Shown: piece by piece, positions 1 through 8,415 of the stretch
Layout of the letters: every line of letters begins with the position of its first letter
Numbering within the stretch: the first letter of the stretch is position 1
NCBI GenBank assembly: GCA_022510955.1
Contig: JAFLSM010000003.1
Coordinates: 7,877-71,876, forward strand
DNA length: 64,000 nt
Source of the DNA: Ruminococcus sp.
Lineage (GTDB): Bacteria; Bacillota; Clostridia; Oscillospirales; Acutalibacteraceae
Reading direction: 5' to 3'
The notes under the pieces: model-generated
The model's database searches: none
What the model was told of the DNA's origin: nothing
The model's input: the letters and a program-made list of their open reading frames with translations, nothing else
Program-made: the position numbers and the translations under genes

Positions 1-114
1 ATTCCTCCGAACACATAGTCAGCGTTTTGATGCTGTCTTCAGTGTACTGTCGAAAGAATAATTTTACAAGAAACGCTCTTTTTCTTTATGGCAACGCTTC
101 GTAGCAAATAAATT

Positions 115-1944
115 TTACTTATCATTGTGAAAATATTTATACACAGCAAGCGCCGAATCCTTTGTCATTTTCGGTGCATTCTCAAGCTCTTTCAAGTCGG
201 CGTTTGAGATGTTCTCAATCGTTCTGAAATGCTTTAGCAAAATCTTTGCACGCACCTCTCCGATGCCGTCAATCTCTGTTAGCGAACTGCGGAAGGTATT
301 TTTGCTTCTTCTGCTGTGATGATATCCGATTGCAAAACGGTGCACCTCATCTTGTATTCTGGTAACAAATGCAAACAGAGCTCTTTTTGAACTGATTGCA
401 ATCTCACCACCGTCACCCGTAATAGCACGGGTGCGGTGCTTGTCGTCCTTGACCATACCAAAAAGCGGAACATCAATATTCATCTTATTAAGCACTTCCT
501 TGGCAACTGCAACCTGTCCCTTACCGCCGTCAAGCAAAATGAGGTCGGGTAATCTTCCGAAGCCTTCATCGCTATCCTCTGCTTTGTAATACTCCTGAAA
601 CCGTCTTGTCAGCACTTCTTTCATTGAGCCGTAATCGTCCTGTCCCTCAAATCCTTTAATTTTAAACTTCTTATATGCTGACTTAAGCGGTTTGCCGTTT
701 TTATAGACAACCATACCTGCAACATTTTCTGTACCAGCAAGATTTGATATATCGTACGATTCAATATATTCGGGCAGTTTTTTAAGTCCGAGAGTTTCTT
801 TCAGTTCTTCAAGCACACTGTACTCACGAACAGTTGCATCCTTTTTCTGTGCCAAGGTTTCAGCCGCATTTGAACGGCACATATTAACAAGCTTTGCTTG
901 TTCGCCTCTTTGCGGAACAGTCACATTCACCTTGTTACCTCGCTTTTGCGACAGCCACTCTCCCAAAGCTTCAATACCATCAAAGCTTTTATCAATCGCA
1001 ATATTTTTCGGCACATCGTTTCTGATTGTATAATATCGCAGTATAAACTCCTCGTATTCGCTCTCGCTGTCACCGCTGTCAAATACAAAACTCTCTCTGT
1101 CAAACAATCTTCCGCCCTCAAAACGGAACACCTGAAAGCAGGTTTTACCTCCGTCTGAAAAACTTCCAATAACATCCTCGTCAAGCACCTTGTTTGCAAC
1201 AACCTTTTGCTTTTCTCCCATTTTTTTGACTGCTGTTATCTTATCACGAATACGAGCCGCCCTTTCAAATTCAAGGTTTTCAGCCGCCTCTTCCATCTGC
1301 TGTGTGAGCTGTTTTATAGAATTTGACGAGCCGCCACGCAAAAAATCAAGTGCCTGCTCAACGCTCTCCTTGTAATCTTTAAGCTTTACCTTGCCTGTGC
1401 AGGGTGCCATACATTGCTTTATATGATAATTAAGGCAAGGTCTGCCCTTGCGGAAATCCCTTGGAAACTGCCTGTTGCAGGTTGGAAGCATAAAGATTTT
1501 ATTAGCCTCCTCAACCGCATTTTTGACATAGTAACTGCTCATATACGGTCCAATGTATTCTGAGCCGTCATCAGTCTTTTGAAGCACATATGACAGTTTT
1601 TTCCATTCACCCGGACTTACCTTTATATAGCTGTATCCCTTGTCATCCTTAAGCAAAATATTGTATTTTGGAGTGTGCTGTTTAATAAGACTGCATTCAA
1701 GCACCAAAGCCTCAAACTCGCTGTCAGTGATGATATATTCAAAGTCATCCACATTGTCAACCATTCGTCTGACTTTTTCAGCGTGGTTATTCTGTGAGCC
1801 AAAGTATTGGCTGACCCTGTTTTTTAGAGCCTTTGCCTTGCCTATATAAATTATTCCTCCGCTTTTATCGTGCATAATGTATACACCCGGCAAAAGGGGC
1901 AAAGCCATAGCTTTTTTTCTGAGTTCAGACATTTTTGGATTCAT
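115..1944 (-). CDS. uvrC: Excinuclease ABC subunit C
   Basis: N-terminal GIY-YIG (PGVYIM...IYIGKAKALKNRVSQYF), UVR coil (EEAAENLEFERAARIRD), RNase H-like ESYDISN/PDLILLDGGKGQ, C-terminal HhH (IDGIGEVRAK). Start moved to ATG 1944 behind GAGGTG; the longer ORF start lies inside a repeat element. Confidence 0.97.
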   Translation of the reverse strand: MNPKMSELRKKAMALPLLPGVYIMHDKSGGIIYIGKAKALKNRVSQYFGSQNNHAEKVRRMVDNVDDFEYIITDSEFEALVLECSLIKQHTPKYNILLKDDKGYSYIKVSPGEWKKLSYVLQKTDDGSEYIGPYMSSYYVKNAVEEANKIFMLPTCNRQFPRDFRKGRPCLNYHIKQCMAPCTGKVKLKDYKESVEQALDFLRGGSSNSIKQLTQQMEEAAENLEFERAARIRDKITAVKKMGEKQKVVANKVLDEDVIGSFSDGGKTCFQVFRFEGGRLFDRESFVFDSGDSESEYEEFILRYYTIRNDVPKNIAIDKSFDGIEALGEWLSQKRGNKVNVTVPQRGEQAKLVNMCRSNAAETLAQKKDATVREYSVLEELKETLGLKKLPEYIESYDISNLAGTENVAGMVVYKNGKPLKSAYKKFKIKGFEGQDDYGSMKEVLTRRFQEYYKAEDSDEGFGRLPDLILLDGGKGQVAVAKEVLNKMNIDVPLFGMVKDDKHRTRAITGDGGEIAISSKRALFAFVTRIQDEVHRFAIGYHHSRRSKNTFRSSLTEIDGIGEVRAKILLKHFRTIENISNADLKELENAPKMTKDSALAVYKYFHNDK

Positions 1945-1959
1945 TTTCAGCACCTCATT

Positions 1960-2008
1960 AAAACCAACATGATGTTGCACCCGACTGTTTACGAGCAATT
2001 TCTTATAA
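1960..2008 (-). repeat. Short (internally deleted) copy A' of the terminator-following element
   Basis: Minus strand TTATAAGAAATTGCTCGTAAACAGTCGGGTGCAACATCATGTTGGTTTT; the first ~28 nt are identical to the adjacent full copy. Confidence 0.85.
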
Positions 2009-2011
2009 AGC

Positions 2012-2104
2012 AAAAAGCAGCCGGTGGGCTGCACCTATCCGAGTAGACAGCACCATATAAAAAAACTCTTTTGCGCCCGACTGTTTACGAGCAATTTCTT
2101 ATAA
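2012..2104 (-). repeat. Full copy A of a ~93-nt dispersed structured element (terminator-following)
   Basis: Minus strand TTATAAGAAATTGCTCGTAAACAGTCGGGCGC...ATATGGTGCTGTCTACTCGGATAGGTGCAGCCCACCGGCTGCTTTTT; homologous copies at 43159, 61055 and 63041. Confidence 0.9.
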
Positions 2105-2112
2105 AGTAAAAC

Positions 2113-2136
2113 AAAAGGGCGGATTTTTCCGCCCTT
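2113..2136 (-). terminator. Intrinsic terminator after ptsH
   Basis: AAGGGCGG-AAAAAT-CCGCCCTTTTGTTTT on the minus strand. Confidence 0.85.
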
Positions 2137-2163
2137 CCTTGTGTATAAATTTATCTGTTATGA

Positions 2164-2427
2164 TTATTCTGTAAAGCCTGACTCAACAAGAGCAACAAGA
2201 CCCTCAACAGCCTCATTCTCATCTGAACCGTCAGCAATGATTTTAATTGTTGTTCCACCGATAATACCGAGTGATAATACGCCAAGAAGGCTTTTAGCAT
2301 TAACGCTGCGCTCTTCCTTTTCAACTAATATTGTAGATTTGTATTCATTAGCTTTCTGAATAAAGAATGTTGCCGGACGAGCGTGCAAGCCTGCTTTGTT
2401 CTGAACTAATACTTCCTTAACATACAT
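2164..2427 (-). CDS. ptsH: HPr phosphocarrier protein
   Basis: GLHARPA (His15) and VNAKSLLGVLSL (Ser46) motifs; 87 aa. Confidence 0.96.
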   Translation of the reverse strand: MYVKEVLVQNKAGLHARPATFFIQKANEYKSTILVEKEERSVNAKSLLGVLSLGIIGGTTIKIIADGSDENEAVEGLVALVESGFTE

Positions 2428-2511
2428 AATTAATAACCCTCTCTACCTTAAGATTAATCATTACAGTCATAGTAAACCACTTACTATACTATACAGCTTG
2501 ACTTCATCATT

Positions 2512-2540
2512 ATTATAAACTTTTTTTCCTGCAAGGTCAA
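2512..2540 (-). promoter_or_regulatory. SigA promoter for ptsH
   Basis: TTGACC-17 bp-TATAAT on the minus strand. Confidence 0.7.
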
Positions 2541-2674
2541 TAAATTAAAACATTTTCGTTTGAATATTCACTTGGAATGAAAATTTTTATCCCTTTATTG
2601 TGCAAATTTACAAATGACAGTACTATCTGATAATTTTTTCGTCAAACAAGCCCCTATAAATTAATTACAAACGA

Positions 2675-3370
2675 CTATTCATCGGCATTTTCAAGCAATT
2701 CCGGTCGCTTCTTTTTTGTAACCTCAAGGCTCATATCTTTTCTCCATTTGTCAACATTGGCATGATGACCGCTTAAAAGAACCTCAGGCACCTCAATGCC
2801 TCTCCAATTTGACGGTTTTGTATATTGCGGATATTCCAAAAGTCCGTTAAAATGACTTTCCTCCGTAAAACATTCATTATTTGAAAGCACACCCGGAACC
2901 ATTCTGCACAAAGCATCGGCAAACACCATTGCTGGCAGTTCGCCGCCTGTCAAAACATAGTCGCCGATTGAAATTTCTTCATCCACAAATTCATCGAGCA
3001 ATCTTTGGTCAACACCCTCATAGTGTCCGCAGAGAATGCAAATATTTTCATAGTCTGCCGCAAGCTCACGGAGCTTTTCTTGCTTTAGCGTTTTGCCCTG
3101 CGGTGACATATATACAAAGTGAGGTCTTTTGCCTATTTGCTTGCAAATATCTTCAAAGCAAAGTGCAATCGGCTCTGCTTTCATAAGCATTCCCATTCCG
3201 CCACCGTACGGAGTATCATCAACCCTTCTGTGCTTGTCAAAAGCATAATCTCTCAGCTGATGACACACAATCTCAACTGCACCGCTCTTTTGTGCTCTGC
3301 CTATGATACTGTCATTGAGTACAGGCTCAAACATTTCGGGAAAAAGAGTAATAATATCAATTCTCATCAT
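2675..3370 (-). CDS. trmD: tRNA (guanine-N1)-methyltransferase
   Basis: RRVDDTPYGGGMGM, CGHYEGVDQR, SIGDYVLTGGELPA, LLEYPQYTKP motifs. Confidence 0.97.
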   Translation of the reverse strand: MMRIDIITLFPEMFEPVLNDSIIGRAQKSGAVEIVCHQLRDYAFDKHRRVDDTPYGGGMGMLMKAEPIALCFEDICKQIGKRPHFVYMSPQGKTLKQEKLRELAADYENICILCGHYEGVDQRLLDEFVDEEISIGDYVLTGGELPAMVFADALCRMVPGVLSNNECFTEESHFNGLLEYPQYTKPSNWRGIEVPEVLLSGHHANVDKWRKDMSLEVTKKKRPELLENADE

Positions 3371-3872
3371 CAAAAAGTCCTTTCATAGGATGAATAAGAA
3401 CATAACCGTCATCAACATTAGTATCAACTATAATTTCGTCAATTACGGGCATAAGGAATTTTTTACCGCTGTCATCTGTGATTTCATACACATCATTTGC
3501 ACCTGTGTAAATTACATCTGTCAGCTTTCCGTATACCGTTCCGTTATCTGCATCACGGATTTCAAGTCCGATGAGATCCTGAACAAAGTTGACGCCCTCT
3601 TCAAGCACAATGTCGTCACGGTTAATATACACAACTTTGCCCCTTAATTTTTCGGCATCCTCGATGCTTTCAACCCCTTTAATTTTTGCAAGGGTAATGT
3701 TCTTGTGAGGACGAGCCTTGATTTCAATAAAATCCTTGCCCAAGTCATCAAGATACAGCTTTTTAAAACAGCACAAAAACTCGGGAGAATCGCACCAAGG
3801 GTCAATTCTCACTTCACCCTTAATACCGTGTGTTCCGACAATTTTTCCCGTTTCAAGAAATTGCTTTTTCAT
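3357..3872 (-). CDS. rimM: Ribosome maturation factor RimM
   Basis: GKIVGTHGIKGEVRI N-terminus, TGANDVYEI PRC-barrel; overlaps trmD. Confidence 0.95.
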   Translation of the reverse strand: MKKQFLETGKIVGTHGIKGEVRIDPWCDSPEFLCCFKKLYLDDLGKDFIEIKARPHKNITLAKIKGVESIEDAEKLRGKVVYINRDDIVLEEGVNFVQDLIGLEIRDADNGTVYGKLTDVIYTGANDVYEITDDSGKKFLMPVIDEIIVDTNVDDGYVLIHPMKGLFDDEN

Positions 3873-3886
3873 ATCAAAACTTCCCT

Positions 3887-4789
3887 TTACATAATAATTT
3901 CATTGTCAAAATATTGTTCCTGAAAATGAACAGTATTATAAATTTCCTCTTTGCTGAAATTCAAATTTACATTTGTTCCAAACTGAACGGATGAGTTAAT
4001 ATTTTTGCAGGGTACAACCACCCATTTATTTTCAACATCATCATTTCGCTTGATAACTGCAACAACTCTGCCTATCATTTTTTGAATCGGCTTGTCAACA
4101 CCGAGAACATAAACATCCTGTTCCTCGCCGTCATCAGCAAAAATATTCTCTGCAAATCCGTAGTTAATAGGATAAATAATATCGCTGTGCTTTGGATGAA
4201 CCGAACCAAGCGGGCGGTCAATTTTTACGCTTACAACCGAGCCGATAATGCTGTTAATCTTCCTTTTTTCACCATCTGCAACCGAATAAATATAAGGCAT
4301 AATTCTTGCCCTTTGGCAGTCAACATAGTCGTCTTTCATTACAAAATCAAATATATCCTCAGTCTTAACCCAACAGTAATCAACTGTTTCGCCTTTTTGA
4401 AAAACAATCGTGTCTTTATTACAGTCAACTGTACAGACAAATCCGCAATGAATACTTTGCGTATCATCATAGCAAATACTGTAAATCGGTGAAAACTCAT
4501 TACAAGCAATACCTGTTTCCTCAAACAGCTCTCTGACAGCACCTTCAAGTGCAGTTTCACCTTTTTGCACAGCACCGCCTGCACTAATCTCCCAAAATCC
4601 GCCGTAGTTTTTCTTGCGAAAATCTCTTTGCATTGCAAGAAAACTACCGTCTTTATGCCTTATTACAACCTCGGCAACTAAATGATACATCCCGTCAGGA
4701 ATAAATTCTCCTCGAATTAATGTATCGTTAAGTCTTTTTCCTTTGCAATCATACGCATCCCAGACCTCTTTTGCTTGGAAACTATCCAT
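3887..4789 (-). CDS. NUDIX hydrolase fused to a C-terminal inorganic-pyrophosphatase-like domain
   Basis: Nudix box GGAVQKGETALEGAVRELFEETG; C-terminal IDRPLGSVHP..YPINYGF...DGEEQDVYVLG resembles the short clostridial PPase-like family. Confidence 0.75.
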   Translation of the reverse strand: MDSFQAKEVWDAYDCKGKRLNDTLIRGEFIPDGMYHLVAEVVIRHKDGSFLAMQRDFRKKNYGGFWEISAGGAVQKGETALEGAVRELFEETGIACNEFSPIYSICYDDTQSIHCGFVCTVDCNKDTIVFQKGETVDYCWVKTEDIFDFVMKDDYVDCQRARIMPYIYSVADGEKRKINSIIGSVVSVKIDRPLGSVHPKHSDIIYPINYGFAENIFADDGEEQDVYVLGVDKPIQKMIGRVVAVIKRNDDVENKWVVVPCKNINSSVQFGTNVNLNFSKEEIYNTVHFQEQYFDNEIIM

Positions 4790-4816
4790 AAGCTCTATTT
4801 CTCCAAATTCAAAAAA

Positions 4817-5212
4817 TCATATCGGTGCAATGGCGGGAACAAAATTTCTTACCAAGCAGTACACCGTAAAAATTCCAATCATAATATACAAAAAATAATA
4901 ATTTCTTATAGGACTGCGGTAATTTGTCTTGCCAAACGCCTTAAAAATCGGCTCGGTATATAAAATTACACCGCATACAATAGCAGTGATAATCATTGGA
5001 TTTTGACGCAATGACAGTAAAATATCACCATGTAAAAGTGCAATCACCGCCCTTGTGTTGCCGCAACCCGGACAATAAAAACCGGTAAATTTATAAAGCA
5101 TACAGTCAGGCAGCGTAACAAAGTTAATCACAAACCACGCTGTCAGAATACATCCGACAGCAATAATAAACGGAAGAACGCAAATCCAAATTTTACGCCT
5201 TGTATTATTCAT
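4817..5212 (-). CDS. DUF2752-family membrane protein
   Basis: C-x(6)-TGFYCPGCGNTRA..ALLHGD...SLRQNP motif between TM helices. Confidence 0.8.
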   Translation of the reverse strand: MNNTRRKIWICVLPFIIAVGCILTAWFVINFVTLPDCMLYKFTGFYCPGCGNTRAVIALLHGDILLSLRQNPMIITAIVCGVILYTEPIFKAFGKTNYRSPIRNYYFLYIMIGIFTVYCLVRNFVPAIAPI

Positions 5213-5276
5213 AAAATTTCCTCTGTAAAAAATATGGGCGAACCAAAGTCCGCCCGCATTTTAGTTAAGCTGATAA

Positions 5277-5651
5277 TTAATAATAGTAAGAATATGCATA
5301 AGCATCAAGTATACCTGTTGCAACTGCAATAATAATACCGATAATGCTGAGCGCAATTGCAATGATTGAAAGAACAAGACCTGCGGTTGCCATACCGTTA
5401 TTTTCTTTCTGTCTTTGCTTTGAAATCACACCGAAAATGATGCCCAAAATTGAAAAAACAAATGAACCACAGCAAACTAAAGAAAGAATACCCATAACCA
5501 AAGAAGCAATAGCAAAATTCTTACCTGATTCAGGCTGTTCCTGATACTGCTGATATTGATAAGGCTGGTTTTGATTGTATTGATCGCCCTGCTGATACTG
5601 ATAAGGTTGGTTGTTCTGGTTAAAATTGTTCTGGTTATTGAAATTATCCAT
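5277..5651 (-). CDS. DUF4190-like membrane protein with N/Q/Y-rich N-terminus
   Basis: FAIASLVMGILSL...GIIFGVIS...GMATAGLVLSII two-TM pattern. Confidence 0.75.
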   Translation of the reverse strand: MDNFNNQNNFNQNNQPYQYQQGDQYNQNQPYQYQQYQEQPESGKNFAIASLVMGILSLVCCGSFVFSILGIIFGVISKQRQKENNGMATAGLVLSIIAIALSIIGIIIAVATGILDAYAYSYYY

Positions 5652-5730
5652 ATTTGCTCCCCCTTAAAATTCTGTTGTTTTAATTATATTATAAAAAAAC
5701 AAGTTTTGTCAAGACTCGACGATAATATAA

Positions 5731-6462
5731 TTAATAATAATTATAATAATCATACGGATCGAAAAAATAGTCGCCGTTCATTAGCTTAAAAATATAGATA
5801 ATCATTGAAAGAATTGAGAACAAAATTCCCACTGATGACAAAATTATACCCGCAATCGCCATCCCCTTACCGTCTTCATCTCTTTTCAAAGAAACAATGC
5901 CGAGTACTAATCCTGTAATTGATGTAAACAGTGTTAAAAACCAAAAACAGCAAGAACCCAAAGTAGAGCAAATACCCAAAATCATAGAAGCAATGGCAAA
6001 TCCCTTTGGCTTTTCCTGAAAATTATATATAGGATATTGCTGATTATAATACGGAGCATTGTACTGCTGTGGCGGATTGTATTCTCTGTACTGATTGTTC
6101 ATATTATTCTGAACATACGGAGATTGATTATATGTACCGCCATACGGATTATTTTGATTGTACTGCTGTTGTTGGTTATAATCAAAATACGAATTATTTG
6201 ACTGCGGTATATTATTATCATAAAATCCCTGCTGATTTACATTCTGCTGTGGTTGATAATAGCTGTTAGCATTGTTCTGCTCATAAACACTTTGCTGTGG
6301 CACACTTTCCTGAATATTTTCAGCCTGCGGCTGATTATAAGGAGCATACAAATCCGCCTGATTTATTTGCGGTTCCTGCTGTGCAACATTCTGTATAACA
6401 TTTGCATTGTTGTTAAAGTCAATGTTTTGATTTTCATTAAAGTTGTTATTGAATTCGTCCAT
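5731..6462 (-). CDS. DUF4190-like membrane protein with long N/Q/Y/P-rich N-terminus
   Basis: GFAIASMILGICS...GLVLGIVSL...GMAIAGIILS; ~150-aa low-complexity N-terminal region. Confidence 0.75.
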   Translation of the reverse strand: MDEFNNNFNENQNIDFNNNANVIQNVAQQEPQINQADLYAPYNQPQAENIQESVPQQSVYEQNNANSYYQPQQNVNQQGFYDNNIPQSNNSYFDYNQQQQYNQNNPYGGTYNQSPYVQNNMNNQYREYNPPQQYNAPYYNQQYPIYNFQEKPKGFAIASMILGICSTLGSCCFWFLTLFTSITGLVLGIVSLKRDEDGKGMAIAGIILSSVGILFSILSMIIYIFKLMNGDYFFDPYDYYNYY

Positions 6463-6495
6463 ACTAACCTCCTAAATATTTGAATCGTTTAAAAA

Positions 6496-7506
6496 TTAAC
6501 CTTTTTCTATGCTCATTGTGGCAAAGGCATTAAGGTCGGAATCAGCCACATTACCGCTTAGAAACTCATAATATCCCTGTGCCCCTACCATTGCGGCATT
6601 GTCACCGCACAAGGTTTTTTCGGGCATAAACAACTCATAACTGCGTTTTTTACATTCTTGCTCAAGAGTCTTTCGCAAAAGTGAATTTGCCGATACTCCG
6701 CCTGCAATAACAAGTCTTTTAACTCCCAAATCCTCTGCCGCCTTCAAAAAGTTTGTGGTAAGGCAATCGACAACAGCATATCTGAATGATGCACAAACAT
6801 CGGCTTTATTAAGCTCTATGCCCTTTTGAGCTGAGTTATGAATAAGATTGATAACCGCTGTTTTAAGTCCTGAAAAGCTGAAATCATACGGAGCGTCGTG
6901 TACAACAGGCCTTGGAAGTTTAAATGCAAGCGGATTGCCGTCCTCGGCAACTTTGTCAAGTGCAATTCCACCCGGATACGGCATACCCATTGTTCTTGCT
7001 GCCTTATCAAACGCCTCGCCTGCGGCATCGTCACAGGTTTTGCCGATAATTTTCATATTGGTATAATCCTCCACCATAACGATGTGGCTGTGTCCGCCAG
7101 ACACAACAAGGCAAAGAAACGGCGGTTTTAAATCGGGATTAGAAATATAATTTGAGGCAATATGCGAACGCAAATGGTGAGTAGGGACAAGAGGAATTCC
7201 TGTTGAAAGCGAAAGTCCTTTTGCAAAATTCACACCGACAAGCAATGCACCAATCAGTCCCGGAGCATATGTAACGGCGATTGCATCTATATCGGAAAGA
7301 CTTGCATTTGCTTCATTCAAAGCCCTGCGTACCACCGGCACAATAGCCTCTGCATGACGACGCGAGGCAATCTCAGGCACAACACCTCCATACAGCTTAT
7401 GCTCTTCAACCTGCGATGCAATCACAGATGACAACACCTTTCTGCCGTCCTCAACAACAGCAGCCGCAGTTTCGTCACATGATGATTCAATTCCAAGTAT
7501 TTTCAT
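6496..7506 (-). CDS. tsaD: tRNA N6-threonylcarbamoyladenosine synthesis protein TsaD
   Basis: ILGIESSCDETAAAV, GGVVPEIASRRH, HHLRSH, VSGGHSH, DDAAGEAFDK. Confidence 0.97.
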   Translation of the reverse strand: MKILGIESSCDETAAAVVEDGRKVLSSVIASQVEEHKLYGGVVPEIASRRHAEAIVPVVRRALNEANASLSDIDAIAVTYAPGLIGALLVGVNFAKGLSLSTGIPLVPTHHLRSHIASNYISNPDLKPPFLCLVVSGGHSHIVMVEDYTNMKIIGKTCDDAAGEAFDKAARTMGMPYPGGIALDKVAEDGNPLAFKLPRPVVHDAPYDFSFSGLKTAVINLIHNSAQKGIELNKADVCASFRYAVVDCLTTNFLKAAEDLGVKRLVIAGGVSANSLLRKTLEQECKKRSYELFMPEKTLCGDNAAMVGAQGYYEFLSGNVADSDLNAFATMSIEKG

Positions 7507-7553
7507 GTTAATTCTCCTATTTCTATATCAAACATAATTTGAAATAAATTTCC

Positions 7554-7988
7554 TTAAAAATATTTTGTCATCAGCACTGCATTTTCAACAGGTTCTTTGT
7601 AATAAGCTTTCCTATTGCCAACCTTGATAAAACCGAATTTTGAATACAATGAGAGTGCCTGATCGTTGCTTTCACGCACCTCAAGGGTCAAAAAGCAAAG
7701 ATTATTCTTCTTGCCAAAGGTCACAAGCTCGCCTATTAACGCACTTCCGATACCTCTTTTGCGGTATTTTTCATCAACAGCCACATTAAAAATATAGCCC
7801 TCGTCAATCACCACATTCATACCTATGTATCCCACAACTTTGTTATCCTCAACAGCTGTTAGAAATACTGAATTTTCGTTTGCAAGCTCACTTGCAAGGC
7901 TTTGCCTTGACCACGGATGAACAAAGCATTTTTCCTCAAGCTGTGCAACCTCATCAAGCTGCACAGCTGTCATTTTTTCAATTTTCAT
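7554..7988 (-). CDS. rimI: Ribosomal-protein-alanine N-acetyltransferase (GNAT)
   Basis: NVAVDEKYRKRGIGSAL, TLEVRESN..ALSLY, RKAYY; adjacent to tsaD. Confidence 0.88.
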   Translation of the reverse strand: MKIEKMTAVQLDEVAQLEEKCFVHPWSRQSLASELANENSVFLTAVEDNKVVGYIGMNVVIDEGYIFNVAVDEKYRKRGIGSALIGELVTFGKKNNLCFLTLEVRESNDQALSLYSKFGFIKVGNRKAYYKEPVENAVLMTKYF

Positions 7989-8415
7989 ATTCTTTTATTA
8001 TTTCTTTAACATAGTTATAAATTTCATCTCTGCACACACGGTAAATCTCTTCATTACCGCCGTACGGGTCGCTAACTCCCATAACTGCAAGCTTTTCATC
8101 AGCGATACCAAAATAAAATTTCAGCATATCTGCGTGGCTTTGCGACATACAATAAAATTTATAATATTTTTTTAAATCTTCATTACCCGCTTCATTTGAT
8201 CTTTTATTTGTCAAATCAATTCCGATTTCATTGCACACCTTAACAGAATTTGCCGATACAGGCATTCCGTCAACAGTTGACATTCCAAAGCTTTTAGCAC
8301 GAACGCTAAGTCCGTTTTCTTCTGCAAGATTATTAAAAATTCCCTCTGCCATCGGACTTCTGCAAGTATTGCCCGAACAAACAAAAGCAATCAAAGTGTT
8401 ATCCTTTTGCATCAT
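7978..8415 (-). CDS. Low-molecular-weight protein Tyr/Arg phosphatase (YwlE-like)
   Basis: P-loop FVCSGNTCRSPMAEG and DPYGG. Confidence 0.9.
   Translation of the reverse strand: MMQKDNTLIAFVCSGNTCRSPMAEGIFNNLAEENGLSVRAKSFGMSTVDGMPVSANSVKVCNEIGIDLTNKRSNEAGNEDLKKYYKFYCMSQSHADMLKFYFGIADEKLAVMGVSDPYGGNEEIYRVCRDEIYNYVKEIIKEYEN

Noticed and set aside
1945-2034. 30-aa N-terminal extension of UvrC given by the ORF track
   Set aside because: Derived from repeat-element sequence; a good SD precedes ATG 1944.
2012-2104. Pistol ribozyme or group IIC intron remnant (GC-hairpin-GUGCA; CUACUCGGAU resembles an intron 3' end)
   Set aside because: No pistol P1/pseudoknot or AAAUA junction; no intron domain V or GUGYG 5' end at the terminator-proximal boundary. 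Only short word matches.
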